A stretch of 45,366 nt of DNA, counting the filler, from Jimgerdemannia flammicorona (taxonomy: Eukaryota), in NCBI GenBank assembly GCA_003990765.1. It is 2 parts of 2 records of this genome, joined end to end, with 100 filler letters (N's around TTAATTAATTAA, not from the genome) between each part and the next. Parts side by side here need not be neighbours in the genome. Positions count along the whole stretch, not along the records: positions 1 to 22,637 come from RBNJ01001236.1; 1 more part is not named here. The stretch is one strand, 5' to 3'. The translations under genes and the position numbers were made by a program. The notes beneath the pieces are model-generated. The model was not told the DNA's origin and did no database searches. It saw only the letters and a program-made list of their open reading frames with translations. Shown here piece by piece: positions 1 through 10,550 of this stretch; position 1 is the stretch's first letter, and each line of letters starts with the position of its first letter.

Positions 1-19
1 TTTTTTTCTTTTTAAATCA

Positions 20-1071
20 ATGTCTGAATTTTTTTCCTAATAATATTCGAAATATACATATCCTCCAGCTTCTAAGCCTGGGCCAGAGTGCAAATCTTGC
101 TACAATTGCCATTTTTGCCATCAAGTTTGTCCAAATACTACCTGGAAGCATTGCCAAATCAATTTCCTGGATGCCCTAAACCTCACAGAGAAAAGGCCTT
201 ATAAATCAAACATTAGGCATACTTTCGCTGCAGCCAACAAACGCATTAAGAAAGTACATAATGACCAACTGAGGCAAGAAGTCATAAGAGCAATAGAAAA
301 CTGTGTGAAAATCATAGAATGTTCATCATACCACACCAGCTTCAAGATGAATGCCAAAGTATGGAACAAGTGAGGTTGTCCAGATAGAATTGTCATCATG
401 GATGAATATGAAAACTGCTGGCCATATTTGAATGAGTACTGGTGAAGAATAACAAAATGCTTTATATGTGACTGATGGATGGCAGGCTTGTGCATTTTGT
501 TGAGAGGGTGGTGGTGGAGGAGATAGAGAGGTGGGAGAGGTTGGTGCTGGTGGAGGAGTCGGCACTGGTGGAGAGGTCAGTGCAGAGGAGGTCAGTATGG
601 AGGAGGTTGGCACGGGGGAGGTTGATGTGGGGGAGATCAGCATGGAGGAATATGGGGAGATTGGCACAGGGGAGGTTGGTATAGAGGAACATGGAGAGGT
701 CAACATGGAGAAGGTCAGCACAGAGGAATACGGAGAGGTCAGCATGGAGAAATACAGAGAGGTTGGTACAGAGGAACATGGGGAGGTCAGTATGGAGGAA
801 CACAGGGAGGTCAGTATGGAGGAACACAGGGAGGTTGGCATGGAGGATGAAATGGAGGTTGGCATGGAGGAGGTTGGCACAGAGGAGGATATGGAGGAGA
901 AGGATATAGAGGTTGGTGCAGAGGAGGATATGGAGGAGGAGGATATAGAGGAAAGCAGTTCAGAATATATAGAGGAAGATAGTTTGGAATATGAGAAGGA
1001 AGAGGATCAGTTGGTTTATAGTGATGAAGAGGAGGAGGATCAGTTGGTTTATAGTGATGAAGAGCACACCA
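20..1071 (+). pseudogene. Decayed gene: N-terminal Cys cluster, central helical region, CxxC...CxxC, then Glu-rich 8-aa repeats
   Basis: The frame from ATG 20 reads MSEFFS**YSKYTYPPASKPGPECKSCYNCHFCHQVCPNTTWKHC...WNK*GCP...YW*RITKCFICD, with TAA/TGA stops explicable as CAA/CGA C>T. After a frameshift it continues WQACAFC*EGGGG into ORF 531..1139 (EEHGEVSM repeats, 24-bp unit). GTAAGT donor at 1072, plausible TAG acceptor near 1178. Confidence 0.5.
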
Positions 1072-1254
1072 GTAAGTTCTTTATTTTTCTAATTTACTTC
1101 CTATTTATTTCTAATTTCATTTTGATTTCTGATTCCTAATTATGTTTCTGTTTGTTTATTCTAAATATATATCTTAGATGTGCAATATATTTTTTTTAGT
1201 ACCTTGTAGCTTAAAGGCAGATTAAAGACAGGTCTGTATCAGGTTAAATATGGG

Positions 1255-1595
1255 TCAGAGTCAGGTCATATATATTTCTTGGGTCAGGTCACATATATTT
1301 CTCAGGTCAGGTTATATATATTTCTCAGGTCAGGTCATATATATTTCTCAGGTTGGGTTAAAGACAGGTTATGTATAATTCTGGATCAGATTAAAGACAG
1401 GTGATGTATATTTCCAGATCAGGTTAAAGATGGATGACATATAATTCTGGATCAGGTTAAAGATGGGTGACATATTATTCCAGGTCAGATTAAAGATGGG
1501 TGACATATTATTCTGGGTCAGGTTAAAGACAGATGACATATAATTCTAGATTGGGTTAAAGATGGATGACATATAATTCTGGGTCAGGTTAAATA
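1255..1595. repeat. Compound minisatellite: ~4 x 23 bp (GGTCAGGTCATATATATTTCTCA) then ~7 x 33 bp (GGTCAGGTTAAAGATGGATGACATATAATTCTG-like)
   Basis: Periods read directly (T of GGTCAGG at 1284/1307/1330; 33-bp offsets at 1419/1452/1485). The core looks like CpG-decayed GGTCGGGT. Confidence 0.85.
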
Positions 1596-1628
1596 TGTAC
1601 ACAGGTTGGCTTGGGTTACAATACACTA
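1596..1628. mobile_element. Possible right end (TIR) of a DNA transposon, reading TAGTGTATTGTAACCC inward
   Basis: The subterminal-type repeat array ends in ...GGGTTACAATACACTA. A TAGTG terminus is compatible with hAT-like or CACTA-like ends. The partner end is not in the window. Confidence 0.3.
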
Positions 1629-2099
1629 TCAGTAGCAAGGGGCAGCCCAAGCCACAAGAGTCCAGAATGGGTGGGGCAGGCAGAGGGAGTGTGCAAAATT
1701 TGCAGCCCTCCACTAGCAGCATAGGGGCAGCCCCAAGCCACTAAGAAGTCCAGGGCAGAGGGTGCTTCTAGCAGTCGGAGGGTGCTTCTGGCAGTCGGAG
1801 AGTACTTCTGGTGGTCAGAGGGTATTTCTGGTAGTTGAAGTCCACCACAGATTTGGGCCCCATTGCTAGTTCAGGTCCCACAGGCACCCTGGCCCTGCAC
1901 CACAGCACCGTACCAGCGGTACTGCAGAGCAGGGCCAAGGGACCAGTAGGGCCCTGCATAATAGCTAAGCTAGTACTACAGAAGAGGTGCCTGACCCAAC
2001 TCCCTACATAAGACTGCCCAACCCACACAAAATGACTGCCTAACCCTCACAAAAGACTGCCTATCCCTTGCAAAAGATTGCCTAACCCTCACAAAAACT

Positions 2100-4170
2100 G
2101 CTCCACCCACCAGTCCTAGGCCTTGATGAGCCTATCATCTATTATGAGTGCAACAACTGTTATATCCTAGCTCTCCTCAAAGGTGATAGTACTGTGGTGG
2201 TTGTGTGGTTGGAAGAGGACAGCCATATTAGCCACAAATGGGACTCTGAAACCATAGGTGAGGTTATACCAGACTCCGCCACTATCCTCCCAGGTTGGGC
2301 CCTTCTTTTCCAGAATGTAAAACATTACCGAGGTAATATTGTTGTCTGTGTATGTGGGCAGAGAAAGGTTGCACACAATATATCCTGATGTGATGCAAGT
2401 GTATGATTGGGTGAACCCTTGGCCCAGAATCTCATACTACTAGGCTGTGCTGATAGATGTCTGCCCTTAGTCTAGCCCCAGGAGCCCCGGCTTGGAAACC
2501 TGCCAAAACAAACAGCAACCAGTCAGTCCTTTTTGCATACAGGGGGGCAGAAACCCCCCAGGCCACAGAAACCCCCCAGACTGCAGAAACCCCCCAGGCC
2601 ACAGAAACTCCCCAGGCTGCAGCACCCCAAAAAAGCAGAGCTCCTCACCTCATATGGCACACTAAATTGTACCAAGAATGTACATATAGCTATGCTGAGA
2701 TCACCACCAAGCTGGTCTGCTGTACACTCTACCAATCTGCTCAAAGAACCCCAGATCATAGCTGCTATCACTACACAGACCATGTTGTGCTCACATGCAG
2801 TTTGCTCTTCAATGGCACTTCTAAAGTTCTGGTAGGAGTACAGAATCTTATGTATCCCTAGATTTGTATCAAAAAGAGTATGTCAGTAAAGAGTGTGATT
2901 TATCTGGGGAGGAGTAAAAAAAAAGAGAGATAAGTGTAGAGGATTTCAGAACTCTGGAACCCACTCTTCACCAGTATTGCAGTATACTTAATTTCTATCC
3001 AAACCCCCCCTCCTTGCTTTTTTCACCCCCTCTTTTCTGCCACCTGATATTTGATACAATCCTCACAAATCTTGTTGATGTGGTGGTGAAGCTTGTTGCC
3101 CTAGAGGTTCCTTACCATCATCACAACTATCTCTCTACATTCATTAATAAAGATATGGTTCTCTTCATCATTGATTACTCCTGCTGGCCAATGGACCCCT
3201 TGGTCGAGAATGATTGGCTCTGATTTGAATATAGACCCCCAAGCCTTAATGATGATGCTAGTACTGCTCATGCTGAACATCTTACCCTTGAATTTCTCTA
3301 TTTAATCAGATGCCAGATATGGTTAAACTCAGGTAACTTTGAACTCTCCTTTCCAATGGAACTGAGCCCTGATCTAAGAGACTGAGATAAGTGTATAGAT
3401 GGGTTACATGTGGACAGGTTGCATGCAGACAGATTGCATGTAGATGGGTTGCATGCAGGTGAGTTGTATGCAGGTGAGTTATATGCAGGTATGGGTGTTT
3501 TTTAGAGGGAGACCATGTAAAAAATGAAATTAAATAAAATACAGAGATGGGTATTTCAGAAAAAGAGCATGAGTGAGTGAGTGAGTGAGCTGTATACCAA
3601 TGAGTTGCATACTGACAAGTTGCACAAGTTACACAAGATTGCTCACAAAGGCTTACTTCTGTTCCTTTTGAGACCTCTGCCATGCAATGCATTGACTCAA
3701 TGGCTCAGTCACTAAAGGCATGCCCTGCAATGTCCTTCAACCTTTCTTCATCTTGACCAGATATTGCAAATAAAGTCAGCAGATCTCGCCATAGAGCTGT
3801 GGACCCTAAGAAGAGCACGAGGTGAATCAGGTCATACTGGGGGAATTTAAACAAGTAAAAAGTAGCAGCAGAAAAAAGCAACCTACATCTACTATCAGCT
3901 GCTCCAAAAAAACTACCACATATATAGCTATGAGGTCTGTGAATTCCTAGGTCCAAAGGGCCATCATGAGTTGTTGCCAGAATTCACCCTCATCTCTGCC
4001 ATCACCATTACCATCACCATTACCATTGCTATTGCCATTGCCACTGCTATCACCCCTTTGGCTCTCGATGAGCAGCTTGTGTGCTGCCCATATAATAACA
4101 TTGTCAGCAGAGAGTGCATTTCTACCTTGAATACTCTCTTTTTTGATGATCATTGCAGGGTGAAAAATGA
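2100..4170 (-). pseudogene. Multi-exon 2OG-Fe(II) dioxygenase pseudogene, TET/JBP-like
   Basis: The catalytic exon (2499 downward) reads ...SYTCITSGYIVCNLSLPT[Y]TDNNITSVMFYI...DSGGVWYNLTYGFRVPFVANMAVLFQPHNHHSTITFEES*DITVVALII. This fits the N-x5-H-x-D...GG...H double-stranded beta-helix pattern if TAC (2350-2352) is a C>T-mutated CAC. Intron 2500-2648 (GTGAGG...CTGAC...CAG) joins exons in phase 0. Further phase-compatible exons lie at ~2649-2857, ~3045-3220 and ~3287-3374. The extent above ~3400 is less certain. Confidence 0.6.
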
Positions 4171-4359
4171 GTAGACTGGACCAATGTATGAATTAAGGAC
4201 TGCTGTTTTGTTTGCTCTTGATGTGGTAGAAAAGAACAAAGAAAAAGAACAAAGAAAAGAGAGAGAACAAAGGAAAGAGTGATGTCACCAAAGTACAGCA
4301 GGAAAAAAAAAACAAGAGTGAAATGAACAAAAGAAAGAGTGATGTCACCAAAGATTTCA

Positions 4360-4486
4360 ATTCAGATGGATCAATCCAGATCAATCCAGATCAGATCACA
4401 AGACCAATCTGAGTTGATTTGAATCCATCACATAATGAATCTGAATTGAATCTCATCTGGATCAACTCCATTCATTCAGAGTACTA
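4360..4486. mobile_element. Probable DNA-transposon end (terminus TAGTACTCT read inward) with GATC/GAATC subterminal repeats
   Basis: TTCATTCAGAGTACTA (to 4486) matches TTCATTTAAGAGTACTA (to 22984). Both are preceded by short decayed GATTCGAATC-like repeats. Confidence 0.4.
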
Positions 4487-4490
4487 TCAC

Positions 4491-4886
4491 TGATATAGAC
4501 AAAGAGCTATTTTCCAATCTCATTACTGAAGACTCTATTTATCATTCACTAAAAACTTGCTGGGGTATTGTATATTCTGAATAGCATTTGCAGATAGATA
4601 TAGATGGCATCAGGTGTAATGAAGGCTGATGTTAGAGGGTTGCTTTTTAGGGTAACTGTTACATAGTTCTGGAAGGGTTTTCTGGAAGTTCTGGATGTTC
4701 TGGAAGACCATTTTCTTATGGTCAAGATCAATTTCATATGGAGTACATCCTCTACACTTATTGATTTCAAGTTCAGGTTGACATCTCAACTAAAGTCCTT
4801 TTTCGAACTAGTTCTGGATGTTCAGGATTTTCTGTATTTCAGAAAGTTCAAGAAACTAAGACTAGCTTAGTTGAATTGGCGTATCA
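4491..4886. mobile_element. Probable solo LTR (396 bp)
   Basis: TGATA...TATCA inverted termini (TGATATA/CGTATCA, consistent with ancestral TGATACG) and LTR-like low-complexity TTCTGGAAG blocks. No clean TSD. Confidence 0.4.
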
Positions 4887-5340
4887 CTGCAGACAATACC
4901 CAATTAGGAAATTTCGTGATGGGGTTAGGAGTGGGACCTAACAAGGAGTGGATTTACTTAAGAGTGGTTTGTGGGTTATTAAATAGATTTATTCACTATT
5001 CATGATATTGCTATACTAGGGGTAGTAGTGTGAAGGGATATTATGGGGAAGTGTTCAGGAATGTTCTTGTGTGTTCGAGTCTGAGATTCTGAGGTCTGGG
5101 GGAGGGGGTACATATTTATACTAGTGAGGGGCTATCTAGACTATGCTGAATATAGATGTAGCACTAAGTACCTTACTGAGTTGGAATGTAGTCACATAGT
5201 ACAAGTGTGATCTGATATATCAAGAGATTGTCTGACTGCTGAGTCAGTTCACAGTCACATTGTACAAAGCTAATCTAACTATACTATGACTGCTAGGCTA
5301 TTTATAGATTTAGGTACTGTCTGGGTAGTCCTCGATGATA
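4882..5340 (-). mobile_element. 3' LTR (family B) of a minus-strand Gypsy element
   Basis: Termini TATCACTG / CGATGATA (decayed TGTCACCG inverted repeat). Minus-strand TATAAATA (~5113-5120) and AATAAA (~4989-4994). Confidence 0.5.
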
Positions 5341-6677
5341 TCACCATCAATTGCATCATCTCTGATGAAGTAGTCATCTAGGAAGAGTGGTTTGTGGATT
5401 ACTTCTCCTTGTTCACTGAGGTAATAATACATTGGAACTTTGTCTCCATCCCACAAGATGGCATCATCAGTCTTGTATGCTGGATAAGATGTTGGTGGGC
5501 AAAGGAGGGGTGCATCATTTTTGCTTTCATTGGTTTCACTATCTGCATACCTTCTATAGATTATAGCACTATAAGTTGCAGGGTTGTAGTAAGCTGGTGG
5601 CTGTAGTTCATGTCACTCATACTCAGGTAGTGGAGTAATTGGTTCAATCTCGAGGGTTGTCTGGATGTATAGGTTGTGTTCTTCAGTCTCTTCATTATAG
5701 TTGAAGTAATCAGGGGTGAATGCAGGTTGGTATTTGTGCCAGTGGTCATTGTCCCAATAAGTCTCATAGGCTGTTATGAATTGTTGTAAGTTCATCGGCA
5801 AGGTTGGTGGTGTGATCAGGGTTGGTAGTGATCCTTGACTTAAGGTCATGTCGGCATCAGAGAGATCATTGTCTTCTGCTTCATCTTCATTGAAGTGGAT
5901 TATATTGTAGATGTCCTTCATAGCATATCCGACTTGGGATATTTGCAGGATATGATCATTGGGGTGGGGGAAGGTTCTGTCTGTGGTTTCAATATACTCA
6001 AGGTACTTGTGGTTGAGTTCTTGTATTATGTCATTGATTTGGCCATAGGACAGGGTAGCAACCATTTCGGCTGTAGTAACTCAGAGGTGGAGAATAACAG
6101 TGCTATACTTATAGAAGAGTTCTCAATGTTTGCAGGCAATGAGCTTCTAGTGTTGAGACATCTAGGTAATGTCTGTATCATAGTGGTATTCGACCATGTC
6201 TTCCAGGAGGCAGCTGATCTGGTAGTAGCTTGAGATTTGTCTGATTCGGTGGGCCTCGCTAAGCATGTTCAGGGCATTCCATCAGGCTTCTACAAAGTAG
6301 AGGGGTGCTAGGCTATGGATATTCATGAGGGGCAGAGGGGGTGTGGCTCAGTTGACAATGGTATTCCAAATGTCAGCATGGATACAGTTATAGATCTCAG
6401 TGGTCATGTTTGTGTGTTGAAAGTTGTGGTTGTTGTTTGTTTTGGTTCTCTGTTTCGATGTGTCTTGGTGCTCAGTATATATGCATTTGGTTCTGATTGG
6501 TAAGGTTCCATTTGTATGAATCTTGTATTCTGTGACTTCATATTGACTCAGCTTTGTGCACTGTGACTTTGGTTGACTCAGCTTCATGATCAAGCAGGTG
6601 ATTTCCAGATTTGTTCAGAGGTTATGTGTGATTTCAGATGGTGACATATGATTTCAGTGGCTTGGAGGTTGTGCGCT
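5341..6677 (-). mobile_element. 3' internal part of a Gypsy element with an uncharacterised extra ORF (includes ORF 5613..6065) upstream of LTR B
   Basis: Coding-like frame with C>T stops, starting MTTEIYNCIHADIWNTIVN near 6408 and containing ...NLYIQTTLEIEPITPLPEY. No RT/IN/env motif is recognisable. Confidence 0.45.
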
Positions 6678-9600
6678 TACAGCTGATTTCTCACTGGCAT
6701 CTTGAGTGAGACCAATCTGATGGAAGCCTGAGAACAGATCCAAGATAGTGTAGTATTTGGCTTCACTTCCAAGGATGGTAAGGATTTCTTGAATATTTGA
6801 TAAGGGCTGTCTATCCTTCTTAGTGATTACATTGAGCTTCTTATAATTAATACAGAGTCTTGAAGTAAACTCTCCAGACTTGCTTCCTTTCTTCAGGACA
6901 AGAACAATAAGTGAAGCCCAGAGGCTGATAGCTTGCTTGATGATTCCAGCTTCTTCTATTTCCTTGAGTTCTGCTTGCAGCCATTCTCTGTAGGCAGATG
7001 GTATAGGTCTGGCTTTCTGGTAGATGGGCTTGGTATTACCAGTGTCAACTTCATAGTAATACTTGGGTTCTTAATTGTGGATGTCTCTGAAGTTTGTGGC
7101 AAGTACTTCTTTATTCTGGTGCAGGATCTTGAGAAGTTATTCCTCTAGGAGAAAGTTTTCTCCAATAGTATATGTATGTGTGCTTGTTCTGGTCCTTATC
7201 TTTTAGGTGCTCAAGTTTGGTAATCTTAGTGGCAGCATAGGCTCCTCTTCCAGTAGATCCAAAGCCTTGTTCTCCTCTCTTAGTCTTGATAAGTTCAATG
7301 GCTTCAGTGATCTTGAGCTTCTTGACTTCATAGATTAGCATCTGGCCAATCTTATCATACTTCTTGACTTCAAATGAGGTGGTGGAATTGTGATTCCTAA
7401 CTATGAGGAAGATCTTGCTAGTGTAATCAGGGTCAATTACTCCTTCTTCAACTGAGATTTTGCTTTTGGCCAGACTGCTCCTGGTCTTGATAATTCCAGT
7501 ATTGTTCTCTGGCAACTTGACTTCAATTCTAGTGCCAAGTAGAGTAGTGGTCTGTGGTTCAAGAATAGTATTTTGAATGCTGGCAAGGTCCATTTCTATG
7601 GCTCCTTCAGTCTTGTATTCTGAGATCTTGGCTTCAGAGTGAAACTTCTTAACCTTGAGGGTAATGTCTGGTTCTTGTTCCTCCTCATCATCACTGTTAG
7701 CTTGAAGCTCTGGGGGCTGGTCATCTTCTTTAGCTTCCCTTTTTGCTTCAGCAGCTTCTTGATCATACTTTTGTTAGTGGATTTTCTAACTTCACTAATA
7801 TAGGACCAGCAGTCATTCAGGTGTTCAGAGCAGTACATCCTAGCCATGGGGGCATCTTCCTTAGAGGATATAGCTATCAATGATCTTGTTATACTACTGC
7901 TTATCTGTGAGCTTGAGTGTCTTGCTCTTATTCTTATATACCAAGTACATGAAGACTTCTGTGTCTTCTTCATCTCCTTCCTCTATATCTGATAGTACTC
8001 CTTTACAGACATTAATAGAGACTTGTATCATTCTTTCTTTATAGTTGATCTGTATCTTCTAAGCATTGAGATCAATAATAGTCTTGGCCTTGTGAAGCCA
8101 TTAGTTGCCAATGAGGATGTCATAGTTGGTGGCACTTGTAACAATCACATCTACTGAGATGGTAGCTCCTCTTATCTTGATGGAGACTTCTCAGATTTTG
8201 CCTAGAGGAGTAGCTCATATACCATCTGCTGTAATATAGACCATCTTAGTAATCTCTTCAATGTCCTAGCCTAGGCAGTCAATTGTCTTCTTGCTTATGA
8301 GACATCTTCTAGTACTGGTATCAATGATAATATTTAAGATACAATCTTCAATCTGACATAGAGTATAGACTGATATCTTTGTACTGGTCTTCTGTATTGT
8401 AAGCTTCTAAAATCTTATACTCTTGATTCTTAGCTGTAGTTGCAAGTTCTACTCTCAACTGCTGTCTGAAGGCAGAGACTTCAGCTAGTTGTCCAAAAGT
8501 AGCATTGACCTTCTGTTCCTTAAGGTCTTTATAGATATCATATTAGTAGATCTTAGTCTTGTACAACTTCTGTCCTTCTTATTTTCACTTTCTCCTAAGA
8601 CTGGAGTAGTGCCTTCAATGATTTGACAGGTAGCTTCATCTAACTCCATATCTTGATCAATCTCCTTAGGTTGGGTCTAACTTTGAATAGTGATAGCTAG
8701 AGTCTTTTTTAGTCTTCAAACTAGCTTATTATTGCCCTTCTTGTTATAGGGCTTGGACTGAGTTCTGGCATCTTTAGTAACAGGGTAGAATTCAAACTCC
8801 TTATAGTATTCTTCATCATTAGTATTACCAATCTCCTCAATGACTACTACATTGGTTTGTTCTCTGGTTCTGATAACATTGCTGGGTTGGGCCTTGCATC
8901 TTGTTTCAGTTATGTAACTCTTTGCATAGTGGTCTTCTTCTCCATATCTGAAGCATATGATATTGCATTCTTCTGTAGTAACTGTAAATCTCTGTACTAG
9001 TCTCTTATTAGTGCTTCAGACTTCTCTAACAATATTATCAAGATATACAGTTATCTTGGCAAACTGCTTGGTGAGTTCCTTCACTAGATCAGCTTTAGCT
9101 ATCTTAGAGATGGTGGGGATAGTTGTCTATTTACAACTGTGGCAGATATGATACTGGTTGGCTTTGGTGGTTCTATCTTGATACCAGATATTTCTCTATT
9201 GAGTGTTTGGCAGGGTGTCTAGCAGTTCAATATTTCTATGCAAAGACTACTTCCTGATCAAGGGTCAGAGCAGCTGGGGTAGATCAGATTGCTAGGGAAA
9301 TTTCAGAGTGAACTTTTTGGAGAAAGATTGAATCTGCTATTTATTTCTTAAGAGTATCATCATAGCCAGCCAAGACAATCTAGTGGTAGATTTGGGTGTA
9401 GAATGAGTTGAGATCTTTACTGAGTTCCTGGCAAATAGTATTAAGTTAATCCTTAAGAGCCTGCTTAATCTCTTCAGTATAGTATGTAGTTCTGAGGAAG
9501 GTCTTCATATTGATAAGTTTGACTGCACCAGTATCAGCAATAGTGGCTATATTGAACTTATCTCTGGTAGGTCCTCTGAGACTAATAAGTAAAAGAACTA

Positions 9601-9780
9601 ATTGTACATCTACACCAAGGGCTTGTATGGTGGCAAATTGTTCAAAGTCTTCAATAAAGATCAGGATTGACTCTTCAGTAGTATATTCATAGAATATAAG
9701 AGGATGTATTTCTATCTTGTCTTGAATTCTTGTAGGGGTGACTCTTATAGTCAGAGTAGTTATTGTGGTGGTTATTTGTT
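6678..9780 (-). pseudogene. Ty3/Gypsy gag-pol relic: gag, CCHC knuckle, protease, dUTPase, N-terminal RT (truncated)
   Basis: Knuckle CFR[Y]GEE[D]HYAKS[Y] (~8915-8960). Protease IIDT[S]... (~8310-8330) and DILIGN*WL (~8095-8125). RT: WLQAELKEIEEAGII...WASLIVLV.KK...RLCINYKKLN...LDLFSGFHQI...EKSA, breaking off at ~6678 before YxDD. Confidence 0.9.
7249..7655 (-). pseudogene. dut: Retrotransposon-encoded trimeric dUTPase domain (between protease and RT)
   Basis: Motifs EGAIEMDL, TRSSLA, GVIDPDYT[S], DKIGQM and RGEQGFGSTG in and just upstream of ORF 7111..7593. Confidence 0.93.
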
Positions 9781-9814
9781 TTTTAGCTTAAAAGTGAGGG
9801 ATTTGTCTTGAATC

Positions 9815-9832
9815 ACCAGCCAATGGGCACCA
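9815..9832 (-). promoter_or_regulatory. Primer-binding-site-like sequence (TGGTGCCCATTGGCTGG)
   Basis: Begins with TGG three bases after the LTR-terminal ...GTGACA on the minus strand. The cognate tRNA cannot be assigned by eye. Confidence 0.65.
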
Positions 9833-9835
9833 AGT

Positions 9836-10550
9836 TGTCACATAGTGGTCACTGAGTTCTTCAAATATGTCAGATTCTCTCCAAGGTATATCTCTTAGAC
9901 TAACTATAAGTTTGTTATAAGCAAGTTCTTATTGGAGTGCCTTCCTAAGGTCTTATAGTCCTCAAACTTCTTATCTTTAAACTGTCTTGTTATCTTTTAA
10001 ATTACTTACATGGAATTGAGAGTAAGTGAACTGGAACTGACTTTATTTCAAAGGAAATAAGAGGGGTATTTATACAAAATATAATTTAATGATTGCTAAG
10101 TTATAAAGCTAAATATAAATTCCAATAACTAAATAAAATACTAGAATACAGAAAACTACAGTTGTCTATACAAGTAGTTGTACAAGTTTAAGATATCAGT
10201 AAAATTTCAGTAGTATAGAAAAAGAATACCAGAAGATTTTCAAGTTACACAAGATCAGAATATCAAAAGAATTATAGTTACACAGAAAAAAATACTGGTA
10301 GAATCTGGTATTACCAAGAACTTAAAGCAGAAGGTTCAGAACTATGAGAGCTTCATCTTTATTACTATCAAGGCCAGAGGTTGGAGATAGAATATCTTCA
10401 AAGAAGATGAGGTCTGCAAATATTTTATCTGTCTTGTTATATAGGTTGTACATTTCACATATGTCATATAGGATAATATTATTGCTGATGATGTCATCAT
10501 GTTTGATGGTGGGGAGAACAAGGAGATCTGGGGCTCTCCAATCTATGACA
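9836..10550 (-). mobile_element. LTR (family A, 715 bp)
   Basis: TGTCA...TGACA termini and minus-strand TATA-like ATAAATA (~10067-10073). Followed by a PBS and preceded by the purine tract AGAAGAGAA (10551-10559) on the minus strand. Confidence 0.8.

Noticed and set aside
326..880. Ser/Pro/Thr-rich minus-strand ORFs (184 aa, 121 aa)
   Set aside because: Antisense shadows of the 24-bp Glu-rich repeat on the plus strand.
1255..1595. CRISPR-like array
   Set aside because: The units are contiguous degenerate tandem repeats without unique spacers. The context is eukaryotic and there are no cas genes.
4485..4889. TATCACTG direct repeat (4485, 4882) as an 8-bp hAT target-site duplication
   Set aside because: The enclosed sequence has no TIRs, and the repeat overlaps LTR-type termini.
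7111..7593. Host DUT1 or viral dUTPase gene
   Set aside because: Intronless and embedded in Gypsy pol between protease and RT, so it is part of the retrotransposon.
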